Shown here: positions 30,158 through 40,028 of the stretch, one piece after another
Layout: the number at the start of each line of letters is the position of its first letter
How positions within the stretch are numbered: position 1 is the stretch's first letter
The notes under the pieces: generated by a model
The model's input: only the letters and a program-made list of their open reading frames with translations
Database searches by the model: none
What the model was told of the DNA's origin: nothing
Virus record (IMG/VR): IMGVR_UViG_3300009174_000002
Span: 32,001 to 96,000 of that record
Strand: one strand, 5' to 3'
Origin: a virus
Length of the DNA: 64,000 nt
Translations under genes and position numbers: made by a program

Positions 30158-31633
30158 TTATTGGAAATAACTATCGTTATATCCCTCAAGACCCATCAAG
30201 AAACGAATTCTAGAATCTTTTTCATTTATTTGTTCTGGTTTATTCGTTTCAAAATTTTCAGATTCTTTCAAACTATTAATAGTTTTTACAGAACTCTTAG
30301 TTCTTTGAACAGTTTCATTTAAAGATTCATGTGCCTGTTCTCTTATAACTTTAACTAATTTCTTATACAAATTATCAATTTTTTGAGGATTTGAACATTT
30401 GTCAAATGATTCAGAAATTTTAAGTCTAGTTTCTTTATCTAATTTATCACCAACGGCAGTTAAAATACCATTAGCTTTGGTAATTTTATAAGCCTCTAAT
30501 TTAAATTTATTCACTTGTTTTTGTAAAAGTGCAATTTGTTTGGAAGCTTCAACCAACATTTTTGATTTTTTAACTTCTTCAGAGATAGCAACTTTTTTCC
30601 CATCACCAGCTCCACCACCAGAAGTAGATGTAACCTTTTTAAATGTAGGTTTAGTTTCAACTTTTTTAGCAGTTTTATTATCGGTTACTCCAGCAAATTT
30701 TGGTTTTGTTTCAATTTTTCTAGATTTATTTTCACCAGAAACTTTTCCAAAACTTTTTTGTAAATCGCTATCTGTTTTCTTAAATTCATCAGGAACGTCT
30801 ACTCCATCATAAGGATCTTCTGTTTCTTTAAGTTTTTTCTTAGTAACAACTTTTTCTGGTTGTTTCTTAACTACTTTTTTAGTTTTAGATTGTTTATTTA
30901 AAGCTTCGTTAATTTCTTGTTCAACTTCAGCTTCTAACATTACTGATTCTTCAATATCATCAAACTCATCATCGCCTTCATCATCAAATTCTAAACCAGC
31001 TTCGTCTTCGCCAAAATCTTCTCCATCTTCAAAACCTTCTTCATACTCTTCTTCGTCACCAAAACTAAAATCTTCATCTCCACCTTCTTCGCCAGCGAGA
31101 TCCCCATCTTCTTCCTGGGCTACCGATGCTAGAGTAGATCCTAATTCATGGTAGGTATCAGGACTATCAATTATATCTTCTAATTCGCCAGCGGTAACTG
31201 GACCATCAAGAGCTTCTTCGCCTTCTTCTTCTTCATGTTGCAAAAGATCAAGTTCAGGCTCTAATAATTCGTCGGTATATTCTTCAAAGGTTTCATCCTC
31301 TGTAGGAGTTAAATCAGCTGTAGGATCCACATATTCATCTTCCCCCTCTAAACCTTCTTCACCTTCAAAATCTCCTTCTCCGCCTAGTTCTTCGCCACCA
31401 CCACCACCAAAATCTTCACCACCTTCGCCTCCGAAATCTTCTCCTCCACCCATTTCTCCACCTTCATCTTCGCCTCCTGCATCTAGGCCTAGATCATCAT
31501 CAAGTGGTTCATCATCAGCTTCGTTCATAAAATGTTCGTAATCTTCTTTCAACCTAGCACGAAGTTTTTTTGTTATTTCACTTTCTTCTTTTTTAGGTTT
31601 TAAAGTAGATCTTTTATTTTTTTCTGTAGCCAT
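30158..31633 (-). CDS. prohead scaffold/core protein (gp22-like by position)
   Basis: Directly upstream of the major capsid gene; very acidic G/E/D N-half, coiled-coil C-half, many LxE sites. Confidence 0.7.
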   Translation of the reverse strand: MATEKNKRSTLKPKKEESEITKKLRARLKEDYEHFMNEADDEPLDDDLGLDAGGEDEGGEMGGGEDFGGEGGEDFGGGGGEELGGEGDFEGEEGLEGEDEYVDPTADLTPTEDETFEEYTDELLEPELDLLQHEEEEGEEALDGPVTAGELEDIIDSPDTYHELGSTLASVAQEEDGDLAGEEGGDEDFSFGDEEEYEEGFEDGEDFGEDEAGLEFDDEGDDEFDDIEESVMLEAEVEQEINEALNKQSKTKKVVKKQPEKVVTKKKLKETEDPYDGVDVPDEFKKTDSDLQKSFGKVSGENKSRKIETKPKFAGVTDNKTAKKVETKPTFKKVTSTSGGGAGDGKKVAISEEVKKSKMLVEASKQIALLQKQVNKFKLEAYKITKANGILTAVGDKLDKETRLKISESFDKCSNPQKIDNLYKKLVKVIREQAHESLNETVQRTKSSVKTINSLKESENFETNKPEQINEKDSRIRFLMGLEGYNDSYFQ

Positions 31634-31718
31634 TTAATTTTACTTTTTTAATTGAAAGTTTTTTAAAAACACTTCCTATTTGTTTTTTAAATATTGTAGT
31701 ATTTTAAAATAATTAATT

Positions 31719-33721
31719 TTATACAGCAATATTATTTGATAAACTTAATAATTGTTTTTTAACTGAATTTAAAGTTGAAAATAAACCTTTAAAACCATAA
31801 TATAATCTTTTTATCCATTGTCCTAAATTTTCATTTAGTATAGTAACCTTTTTACCAGTTTCTTTTTCAAGTAAAGATTTTAATATTTCTATTTTCTTAC
31901 TTTCTTTTACTTTATCTTTTCCTTTAGATTTATCAATTGATAATTTGCTACTAACTGTTGTTTTAGTAGTAAATTCCTTCATTGTCTCATTTACAAATTC
32001 TTTTAATTTTGCATTCAATTTAGGAATAAGGGCATCTAAAACTTCTTTATATTTTGTAGTTTCTTTATCAAATTCTTTAGAAAGTTTTGCTATAATATTA
32101 TCTATTTCATACAATTCAGTTTTTGTACTTTTCATGAGACTATATATTTCATTATAAAGTCCAGTTTGTTTTTCAATTTTTGGCTTTAAGTTATTTTGTA
32201 ATTCGATTATTCTCTCTTTTACGTAATTACTTATTTCAAAATATTCTTTAATTTTTTTATCTAAAGAAGATTTTGTTTTGTCATCTAGACCTGGAGTTTC
32301 TTCTGATGATTCAGATTCTACTTCTTTTTTTTTGCCTCATGGTAAACTATCTTGCCCGCAGATTTATTAATGGGAACATTTGTACCTTTAATCCTATTGG
32401 CAACATTACTATAAGAATCTACTGTTTTAGCTTTTCCAGTATGTTTAATAATACCTTCACTTTCATCTTCTTCTAATTTTTCAGTATCATTATCAATACT
32501 GTCTAGAACATCTTCAGCATCAGTTATTTTCTTTTTGCCATAGATAGATCTATTTTCTCCTGGAGTAAATTCTTTCAAGGTTTTTTTATGATTACTTTCT
32601 ACTTTTTCAAGTAATTTTTGTAAAATATCTTTTACTTCTTTTAGAGATACAGTATTATTTTTGTTTGTTTTCATTTTATTATTGTTTTGTACTTTTTTGT
32701 TTTTAGTAGTTTCATTTAAATCATTTAAACCCCAATCATTTTTACTTTGTCTTGGATCAATATTTGAATCAGATAAAGATTTATTATATGTATTAGCGTT
32801 TGTTTCTTCAATATTATATATTTTATCTTCTGGATTTATTTTTCCAGTTTTAACAGCAAAATTTTTAATTTTTTCAGTAGTTATAGTCATTCCGTTTTTA
32901 TCTTGTTTCCCAAAATAACTATATGGTATTTTAATAAAAACTCTTTTATTTGTGTTTCTTTCAAGATATAAGCAATAATATATATATTCTTCTTCAGTTT
33001 CTTTCATTAATTTATTTTTAAAAGAAGATTCAAACATCTTTTGAATTTCTTCTCGTTTAAATTTTTTAGCTGGCCATTTAGCTCTTATTGAATTACTATC
33101 TATTACATTAGCTTCAATACCTTTTGCTCTGAGTCTATGAAGTATTTCAAATTGTTCCTTATTGTTTTTTACTACAAAATCTCCACCTTCTTTTCTAACT
33201 CCTTCGCCCAATGGTCTAACCTCATTACTACTATCCCCTACTCCTATTCTTATTGTTTCTTCTAAATCTTCATCAGATTCTATTTTTTTTGCTTCATCTA
33301 ATTTTTTTTTCCTAACTCCTGTAACCCATTCTTTAATATCAGTATCTGAAGTAAGAATACTTAAAAATAAAGTAGCTTTATCTTCACCTTTAACTATTTC
33401 ATATTTTTTTAAAGAAACATTAACTACAGGAAGTACTTCGTTTACTCCAGACATAATATCACTTCTTACCTCTTGGCTTAACTGAATTAATTTAAATCTA
33501 TTAAATTCTAAATCTTCGGTTTCATCAAAATCAATAGATACTTCAATAGAAATGAAACTACCTTGAACAGTGATTTTATTTAAAGTATATTTCTTAAGTT
33601 TATTTTTAAAAACACTTTCAATTTTTTCTGTTACTTCATCTTTTGGAAAAAGATAGATATCAGTATTTTCTTTTAAGTAATCCTTACTAACTTTATTAGT
33701 TAATTGTTTCTTTTTATTCAT
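31719..33721 (-). CDS. head-region protein; 467-aa ORF extendable to about 667 aa by a -1 shift at an A9 tract
   Basis: The -1 frame after 32325-32333 is open into ORF 31719..32135; many LKE/LNE sites; LLEKETGKKV tag. Confidence 0.65.
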
Positions 33722-33790
33722 TACTATTTTTAAATAATGTTCTTTTTTATTTTTTGTTTTTTAGTATATTTTTTTGCTAAAAAAATTGCA

Positions 33791-34108
33791 TTAGTATAAT
33801 TCATCAGTAACACTTGTGACATTTAATAAACTATCCTTTAAATCCAATTCTCCGTTTTTTTCGGCAAAATCAACAACAATGTTTTCTATTTCATTATCAG
33901 TTTTATCTTTTACTAAATTATAAGGTATTTCTATATCTACAGTTCCTACAGGATTGCCATACATATTTTCTAATCCTATATAATACTTAACATACTTAGG
34001 CACTGGTCTATTTAATCTTCTAGGTTTAAAAAGATTTTTTTCTTCTGAATCCTTCGGATTAAATAGATTTTCTTCAGATTCTTTAAGTATTTTATTTACT
34101 AAATTCAT
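33791..34108 (-). CDS. FKPRR-tag family protein
   Basis: MNLVNKILKESEENLFNPKDSEEKNLFKPRRLNR (partly duplicated tag). Confidence 0.75.
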   Translation of the reverse strand: MNLVNKILKESEENLFNPKDSEEKNLFKPRRLNRPVPKYVKYYIGLENMYGNPVGTVDIEIPYNLVKDKTDNEIENIVVDFAEKNGELDLKDSLLNVTSVTDELY

Positions 34109-34126
34109 TTTTTTGAAAAGATATAC

Positions 34127-34672
34127 TTATTCTGTTTGTCCTGAATTATCTTTATTCTTCAAATACTCTTCCTCAGAAATTTCTTCCATGTATGGGTTAC
34201 CTAGAGCTATTTGTCTTCTGGTAACTAGACCTGAGCTTGACATATATTTTAAAACACTTTCAAATTCTTCTCCTCCATCCTCATCCTCATCTTCAAAATC
34301 TATTAATTTAAATGGGATTTTTAAATAAAAAATCTTTGTAGTTTTTAAATGTAATTTAACAAAATAATAAACAAATTCTGGTTGTTCTCTATTTAATCTT
34401 CTAGGTTTAAAAATATCATCAGATTCCATTAAAAAAGTTTCCTTTCTAACATAATCAGTTAATATTTTCTCAACAAGATTACTACTATTTTTTGGTTTTA
34501 TTTGCCCAACATCTAATAAACGATTTAAAATATTCAAGCTATAAATTACTTTTCTATTACTAGTCAAATTTATCGCATGAACTTTATCTCCTAAAATAGC
34601 ATAAACTTTAAAATAATATCCATTGCCAATATTAACCCCTGGCAAATATGTTTTTCCTACTTCTATTGACAT
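34127..34672 (-). CDS. protein with internal FKPRR tag
   Basis: FLMESDDIFKPRRLNR. Confidence 0.7.
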   Translation of the reverse strand: MSIEVGKTYLPGVNIGNGYYFKVYAILGDKVHAINLTSNRKVIYSLNILNRLLDVGQIKPKNSSNLVEKILTDYVRKETFLMESDDIFKPRRLNREQPEFVYYFVKLHLKTTKIFYLKIPFKLIDFEDEDEDGGEEFESVLKYMSSSGLVTRRQIALGNPYMEEISEEEYLKNKDNSGQTE

Positions 34673-34676
34673 TTTT

Positions 34677-36563
34677 TTAAAGAGTTTGTTTCTTTATTTT
34701 TAAGAATTTCTCTACTCCTAAAATATTCAAATAAATTTTTTCAGCTTCAGTTAATCCTTGTAATTTTTTTTCTTTAATAATTTCTTTAGAAGTTTTGAGA
34801 TTACAATTACCACCAAGGCACTGTCTTTCTGTAAGAACTAAATTTTTATTGTTTTTACTTTTGGATTCAATTAATTTTAAATTAGCTTCATAGGTAGATG
34901 GCCTACTTACTAAATCCCAACAAATCACTTCTAAATCATCTTCTACTACATCATATCCACTTCCATCTTGATAAACTGATCCTAGTGCTCTAGAGCTAAT
35001 GCCTAAGGTCTTTTCATTTAAAATTATATTTCTTGCCTTTAAAGCAGGATCGCCAGGACTGGCAAAAGCATTTAATAGTTTAATTTTACCCCATACTTCT
35101 ACTCCTTTAAACCAAATATCTTCAATTGTCATAGCTGCATTCTTTAATTCAGGCACTGTAGATTCAGAGTTTCCGGTCCAAGTAACCTTACCATCTCTCA
35201 TAGTTAAAAAAGTATGATTTTCTACCTCTATACAATAAATTCTGTCATCAAATAAAAATTCTTCTTTTTTAATTGCTCTTGCATTACAATACTTAGAAAT
35301 TTTCTTTCTTATCGTATAAGATTTATTTTCTTTTAATATTTTTTGTTTTTCAAGAACTTCATAATTTTCTTTATTGCTTCTATAAGGTTCTTTTGAATAG
35401 TAAGTGATATTATTTACTAATTCTATTTCTTCAGTTTTTTTATTTTTTAATAAATAATCTTTTTTATAAACTTTCTTTTCTTTAATAGAAAAAGAATATC
35501 CAGTTTTTAATAATAATTCTCCAACATCATCTATTAATTGTTTTGATACAGAATAATAATCATTTTTATGACCATCACCTTTATATAAGTATTCAATTAA
35601 AATTTCTAGATATTTTTTATCTAAATCCTTTATAAATTGAGGAATACATTTATTAAAAGCTCCTTTACCAAATTGTTCACAAAATAACCCTAATGCAGTA
35701 CTATTAATAGTAAAAGTAGATTCTTTATTATCTTTTTGTATTTTTTCTCTCCAATTAAATGGCATTTGATTTAAAATATTAACTATATCATCTTTACCAT
35801 TTTGCTTAGTTTGTGAAATTTGAACAAATTTAAATCCATTACTATCAGTTCTTACCCAACCTTCTGAAATAAACCATCCTAAAAATTTCATTAATACTTC
35901 AGTAGATATTTCTACTTCAGGTAATAGTTTAGTACCTTTAACAGTAATAGTTTTTAAATCCTCACCCTTCCAATTACAAAATTGAGGAATTTGAGTATTA
36001 GAATTAAATTGATCAAAAACTAAAAATTTACCTTTTTTAAAACCTTTACCTTGTTGTGTAAAAAATTTATGATTAGGCGTAACTACAGAGGAAAAATGCT
36101 CATTATATAACTTATACATTTTACCATAGTATGGTTCATCAATTTTCTTTAATACTGGTTTGTATTCTAAATCGCCAGTATCTGGATTACGAGTAGCTAC
36201 AATATCGCCTACTTTTACATCTACAATTGATATCCAACCATTTTTAGTAAGAATAGAATGTTGATTATCTAGGCAGGGATGATCTAATTCGCCAAAGGAT
36301 TGTCCGTCCCTAATTTCCTCTTTTGTATATCTTTCACATTCTTTCTTTAAAATTGAAAAAGGATATATTCTACCATTTCTATTAGGCGTATCACCTTTTT
36401 GAATTACACCCACAAGAAAAATAGGTTGGTCTGGATCTCGTTTAGCTTTTTCTAAAGCCATATTTCCACCTTCAATTTCTAATAATAAATTTTTAGATCC
36501 TTTTATGGGAGTTTCAATTAATACTCTTCTTTCTTTTAGAACACCTTTTTTATTTACTAACAT
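34677..36563 (-). CDS. prohead protease (T4 gp21-like) with intein
   Basis: NRNGRIYP, GELDHP, GISSRALGS, WDLVSRPST. Confidence 0.93.
   Translation of the reverse strand: MLVNKKGVLKERRVLIETPIKGSKNLLLEIEGGNMALEKAKRDPDQPIFLVGVIQKGDTPNRNGRIYPFSILKKECERYTKEEIRDGQSFGELDHPCLDNQHSILTKNGWISIVDVKVGDIVATRNPDTGDLEYKPVLKKIDEPYYGKMYKLYNEHFSSVVTPNHKFFTQQGKGFKKGKFLVFDQFNSNTQIPQFCNWKGEDLKTITVKGTKLLPEVEISTEVLMKFLGWFISEGWVRTDSNGFKFVQISQTKQNGKDDIVNILNQMPFNWREKIQKDNKESTFTINSTALGLFCEQFGKGAFNKCIPQFIKDLDKKYLEILIEYLYKGDGHKNDYYSVSKQLIDDVGELLLKTGYSFSIKEKKVYKKDYLLKNKKTEEIELVNNITYYSKEPYRSNKENYEVLEKQKILKENKSYTIRKKISKYCNARAIKKEEFLFDDRIYCIEVENHTFLTMRDGKVTWTGNSESTVPELKNAAMTIEDIWFKGVEVWGKIKLLNAFASPGDPALKARNIILNEKTLGISSRALGSVYQDGSGYDVVEDDLEVICWDLVSRPSTYEANLKLIESKSKNNKNLVLTERQCLGGNCNLKTSKEIIKEKKLQGLTEAEKIYLNILGVEKFLKIKKQTL
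35169..36275 (-). mobile_element. LAGLIDADG-containing intein in prohead protease (369 aa)
   Basis: HP|CLDNQHSILTKNGW..VTPNHKF..FLGWFISEG..YLYKGDG..IYCIEVENH..TWTGN|S. Confidence 0.92.
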
Positions 36564-36600
36564 TATTCAAGAGAATTTTATTTTAAATATCATTGAAGAA

Positions 36601-36643
36601 AAAAACATAAAAAAACTACTAGAAAATTAATCCTAGTAGTTTT
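36601..36643 (-). terminator. intrinsic terminator
   Basis: AAAACTACTAG/CTAGTAGTTTT plus TTTTTTTATGTTT tail. Confidence 0.75.
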
Positions 36644-36665
36644 AAACTTATTTTTCTAAAAAAAT

Positions 36666-37303
36666 TTAAATTTTTTGTTCCATTAAAATAAGAAATCCTT
36701 CATTTATTAATGTATCTCTAAGAGTTGTTGAATTTAATCTAGATTTTAAAATATTTGTAAATCTTTTACTTTCTAAAATAGGTTTTTTTGAAATTATTTT
36801 AAAATCTTTTTCATCTTGAAATATTTCCGTCGAAAATACTGCATAAAATACTCTAAATCTTTCTCTTTTTTTATTAATAGTAATTCCATATTTTACTTCT
36901 ACTAGTAGAAGTTTTTTTAATAATTTTTCAATATCAAACAATTCAAGAAATTCTTTTTCTCTTTCTTTTATTCTTCTGGGTTTAAATAAATCTTTAGAAT
37001 TTGGCGTTAAATTATCTTCTTGTTCTAAATTTTCCTTAATCTTTTTTTTATTACTTTCTTAGCTTCAAAATAGCCTGTTTTATTAGGATCTTTTACTTTA
37101 ACATCTATATTTTTATCACCTAATTTTTTTACATCTGTGGGATCGCTAATAATTTCATCCGCAGTCATAGTTACATCTTCTTTTATTTCTGTAGTAGGCA
37201 TAGTAGGATCTTCAAATTCTTTAAAAATTACTTTTTTACCAGAATATTTTTCTAGAAGATTTTTAATAATAAATATTTTTCTTTTGTCAATTTTATTTTT
37301 CAT
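36666..37303 (-). CDS. tagged protein split by an A8 frameshift (about 212 aa if joined)
   Basis: LLEKYSGKKVIFKE at N-terminus. The -1 frame after 37042-37049 reads KIKENLEQEDNLTPNSKDLFKPRRIKER into ORF 36666..36941. Confidence 0.7.
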
Positions 37304-37606
37304 TTATTTAGCATTTGAATACATTACAATATCATCATCTTGTTTACTTCCTACTTTACTTCGTAATAACTGAGCTAGTTTTTGTAAACTATACATAATT
37401 CTAGTGGCTTCCTGAAAGCTACCATTTTTGTATTTGTTATAAGATTCGTCAGTCATATTTTTTAATGATTGAAACAACTTATCTACTTCCGGATCATCAG
37501 TAGAAGCTCCAACTTCTTTTAAAATTACTTTTTTACCAATTTGTTTTTCAAGTAATTTTGTTAAAATAATTATTTTCTTATCTACTATAGATTTATCTTG
37601 TTTCAT
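37304..37606 (-). CDS. LLEKYS-tag family protein
   Basis: LLEKQIGKKVILKE. Confidence 0.7.
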   Translation of the reverse strand: MKQDKSIVDKKIIILTKLLEKQIGKKVILKEVGASTDDPEVDKLFQSLKNMTDESYNKYKNGSFQEATRIMYSLQKLAQLLRSKVGSKQDDDIVMYSNAK

Positions 37607-37889
37607 TTAACATAGTAGTTTGTTTAATTTTATTGTTAATTCTATCTTTTAATTGTTCAATAACTTGTAAATCTTTATTTAAACTATTTTCTAATTCTTC
37701 AAATTGTGGATAATTTCCAGTATATTCTAAAATTTGTGAATAATTATAAATTAAATCTTCAATATTGTTAGTAGCATTTTGTAAATATTCAACAATTTGA
37801 TTCTTTTCAGATTCAATATCTTCAAATATTACTTTTTTATTAGAATATTTTTCTAGAAGTTTGATATATTGTTTTACTTTAGAATACAT
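37593..37889 (-). CDS. LLEKYS-tag family protein
   Basis: LLEKYSNKKVIFED. Confidence 0.7.
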   Translation of the reverse strand: MYSKVKQYIKLLEKYSNKKVIFEDIESEKNQIVEYLQNATNNIEDLIYNYSQILEYTGNYPQFEELENSLNKDLQVIEQLKDRINNKIKQTTMLNETR

Positions 37890-37916
37890 TTCATTTCATA
37901 TCATACAAAAAAAATT

Positions 37917-38687
37917 TTACATCTCTATATAAACGTTATTATAATCAGCCCAATCATATAAATCATTCAAATTCATGTTAAAATCTTCAATATTCTCTGA
38001 TTCTTGTAAATAATTTATTAATTTATTATATTGTAATTGTTTATCTTCATGTAATTTGGCTTCATTAAGATTTGTAGTTCTTAATTTTTTAACAAAGTTT
38101 TTATAATTACTTGAAGTATTACTAAAATTATTTTTTTCTATTTCCTGATTTAATCTTACCCATTCTTCCTTAAGATTTAATTTAATTTTCCATTTATCTT
38201 TAGAAGATGTATTTTTACTTTCAACTACTCCTCTATCCTCATCAGGATTTCTTTGATGTAAATTTACCCTTTGTTCTTCTTGATCAATATCCATACCAGA
38301 TCCTTCGCCTACTCTATGAGCAGTTAAATAATTACTAAAATCTTCCATATAGCTCTTTGCTTTACCTACTTTATGTGTTAAATTAGAATCTCTTAATTCA
38401 GTAGCACAATACTCATGTAATTGAATTATCTTTATAAGAATAGAGGAAACATCTTTAATTAATTTGGTTTGTTGTTCATCTGATAAATTACTAATATCCA
38501 TTTCCTCTTTAATTAATTCTTTCATTGATTCGTTTATTTGTTGTTTTATATTAAGATTTTTATTATCCAACTCAAATGTCTTTGAGAAAATTTCAAAAAG
38601 ATTCTTTCTTGATATATCAGTATCAGAAACAGCTATTCTTTCTTCCCACCAAGTATTTAATTTTTTACTCTTCATCATCTTTATCAT
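37917..38687 (-). CDS. hypothetical head-region protein
   Basis: ORF with INES/IKEE/LNEA sites; ends LYDWADYNNVYI. Confidence 0.65.
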   Translation of the reverse strand: MIKMMKSKKLNTWWEERIAVSDTDISRKNLFEIFSKTFELDNKNLNIKQQINESMKELIKEEMDISNLSDEQQTKLIKDVSSILIKIIQLHEYCATELRDSNLTHKVGKAKSYMEDFSNYLTAHRVGEGSGMDIDQEEQRVNLHQRNPDEDRGVVESKNTSSKDKWKIKLNLKEEWVRLNQEIEKNNFSNTSSNYKNFVKKLRTTNLNEAKLHEDKQLQYNKLINYLQESENIEDFNMNLNDLYDWADYNNVYIEM

Positions 38688-39993
38688 TAGTTCTAGAACC
38701 TGGTCCTACTGGACTAAAAATATCAAAGTTATCATCTATATCAGGTTTATCATTGTAAAAATCTCTATTAGTTTTTATATTTCTTGTTGATTCAGGGTCC
38801 CTATGTTTGACTGCTAAATTTTGTGCTTCTAGATCTAACTCATCTGGAAATAAATCTGGTAACATATTATCAAAATCTTTTAACATATTATAACATCCTC
38901 TCCAATAATCATCCCAAGAAGCGTTTTCACCTTTTTTCTTATTGGTATGAAATAATATTTCAACTCTAGCAGGAACAGCTTTATTAAATTTAAAACCAGA
39001 AGTATCGCGCATTATTACATTCCATCCTGTACCAATTGGATCAATTAAATTTGTTCTATCCTTTTGATAAATAAATAAGTTAATGAAGGTTCTTCTAAAT
39101 TTTTGAAGCCTATTTTTAATATGAATAGCACTTTGTTTTAAATTAGAATAATATCCACCTACTGGGAAAAAATCTATTTTAAAATTTACAATAAGATGTG
39201 AAGGACTTTTATAATTTTTTGGTGTTTCAATAACTATGTGCTTAATATATTTAAGATCCTTTAACTTTAATTTTTTTCCAGGAGAAGTTTTAGGTTCATC
39301 TGGTTCTTCATCTCCTGGTTCATCAAATTCTTCATCCTCTAAACTAAATTCTCTTAAAAGTTTTTCTGTAAGCAAACGTAATTTGTAAACATTACTCACG
39401 GCTTCTTTAAATTTTTCGTTATAGGAATTTTTGATTCTAGCTAAAGATTCATCAATAAATATTTTATCTTTATCATTAACACATTCTGCTAAGAATTTAA
39501 CGATAGAAATATTATTTTTTAATTGTTGTCTATCCTTATTCTTATAAATATAATTGAAATTTTCTTTTATTAATTCTTTTTTACTAAATTCTTTGGTTTC
39601 TACAATTTTATCTTTAAAATAACTACGTAAGGCTTTTTCATTCAATTTTCTATCTATATTCAAATCAATTGCCTTATCTAAAATATCTAAAGTTAAATCA
39701 TCGGAATTAATATTATAAAATTCTAACAATTTTTTGTTTTCTTTCCAAACATCAATATGACTTACTTTATGTTCTTTAATAAACTTATGATTTTTTCTTA
39801 TTATAGTCTTAACTAAATCATTTAGATCTTCATTATTCTCAACTCTACTTTCTTTAACAAAGGTTAATATATCAAACTGATGTTTATAAATTGGATTTTT
39901 TTCCAGTTTTTCAGTTAAAGTTTTTAATGAATTTTCATCTTTATCTTTAGCAAACTTTTTTAACACCGTATTATAAATTGACGAAAAGTACAT
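38665..39993 (-). CDS. hypothetical protein downstream of terminase
   Basis: 442-aa ORF preceded by TATTTAAA. Confidence 0.7.
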   Translation of the reverse strand: MYFSSIYNTVLKKFAKDKDENSLKTLTEKLEKNPIYKHQFDILTFVKESRVENNEDLNDLVKTIIRKNHKFIKEHKVSHIDVWKENKKLLEFYNINSDDLTLDILDKAIDLNIDRKLNEKALRSYFKDKIVETKEFSKKELIKENFNYIYKNKDRQQLKNNISIVKFLAECVNDKDKIFIDESLARIKNSYNEKFKEAVSNVYKLRLLTEKLLREFSLEDEEFDEPGDEEPDEPKTSPGKKLKLKDLKYIKHIVIETPKNYKSPSHLIVNFKIDFFPVGGYYSNLKQSAIHIKNRLQKFRRTFINLFIYQKDRTNLIDPIGTGWNVIMRDTSGFKFNKAVPARVEILFHTNKKKGENASWDDYWRGCYNMLKDFDNMLPDLFPDELDLEAQNLAVKHRDPESTRNIKTNRDFYNDKPDIDDNFDIFSPVGPGSRTNDKDDEE

Positions 39994-40028
39994 TTAAATG
40001 TTAGATTTTTTCTTTAAATATCTAGAAA

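Noticed and set aside
30940-31530. GC-richer low-complexity repeat region as a mobile or foreign element
   Set aside because: Explained by Gly/Glu/Asp codons (GGEDFGGE repeats) in the scaffold protein
32273-37373. TAG stop-codon reassignment (Lak-type code) to explain broken ORFs
   Set aside because: Core genes are intact under the standard code. Reading through TAG at 32318 or 37025 does not reach the frame of the downstream ORF; a frame change is needed
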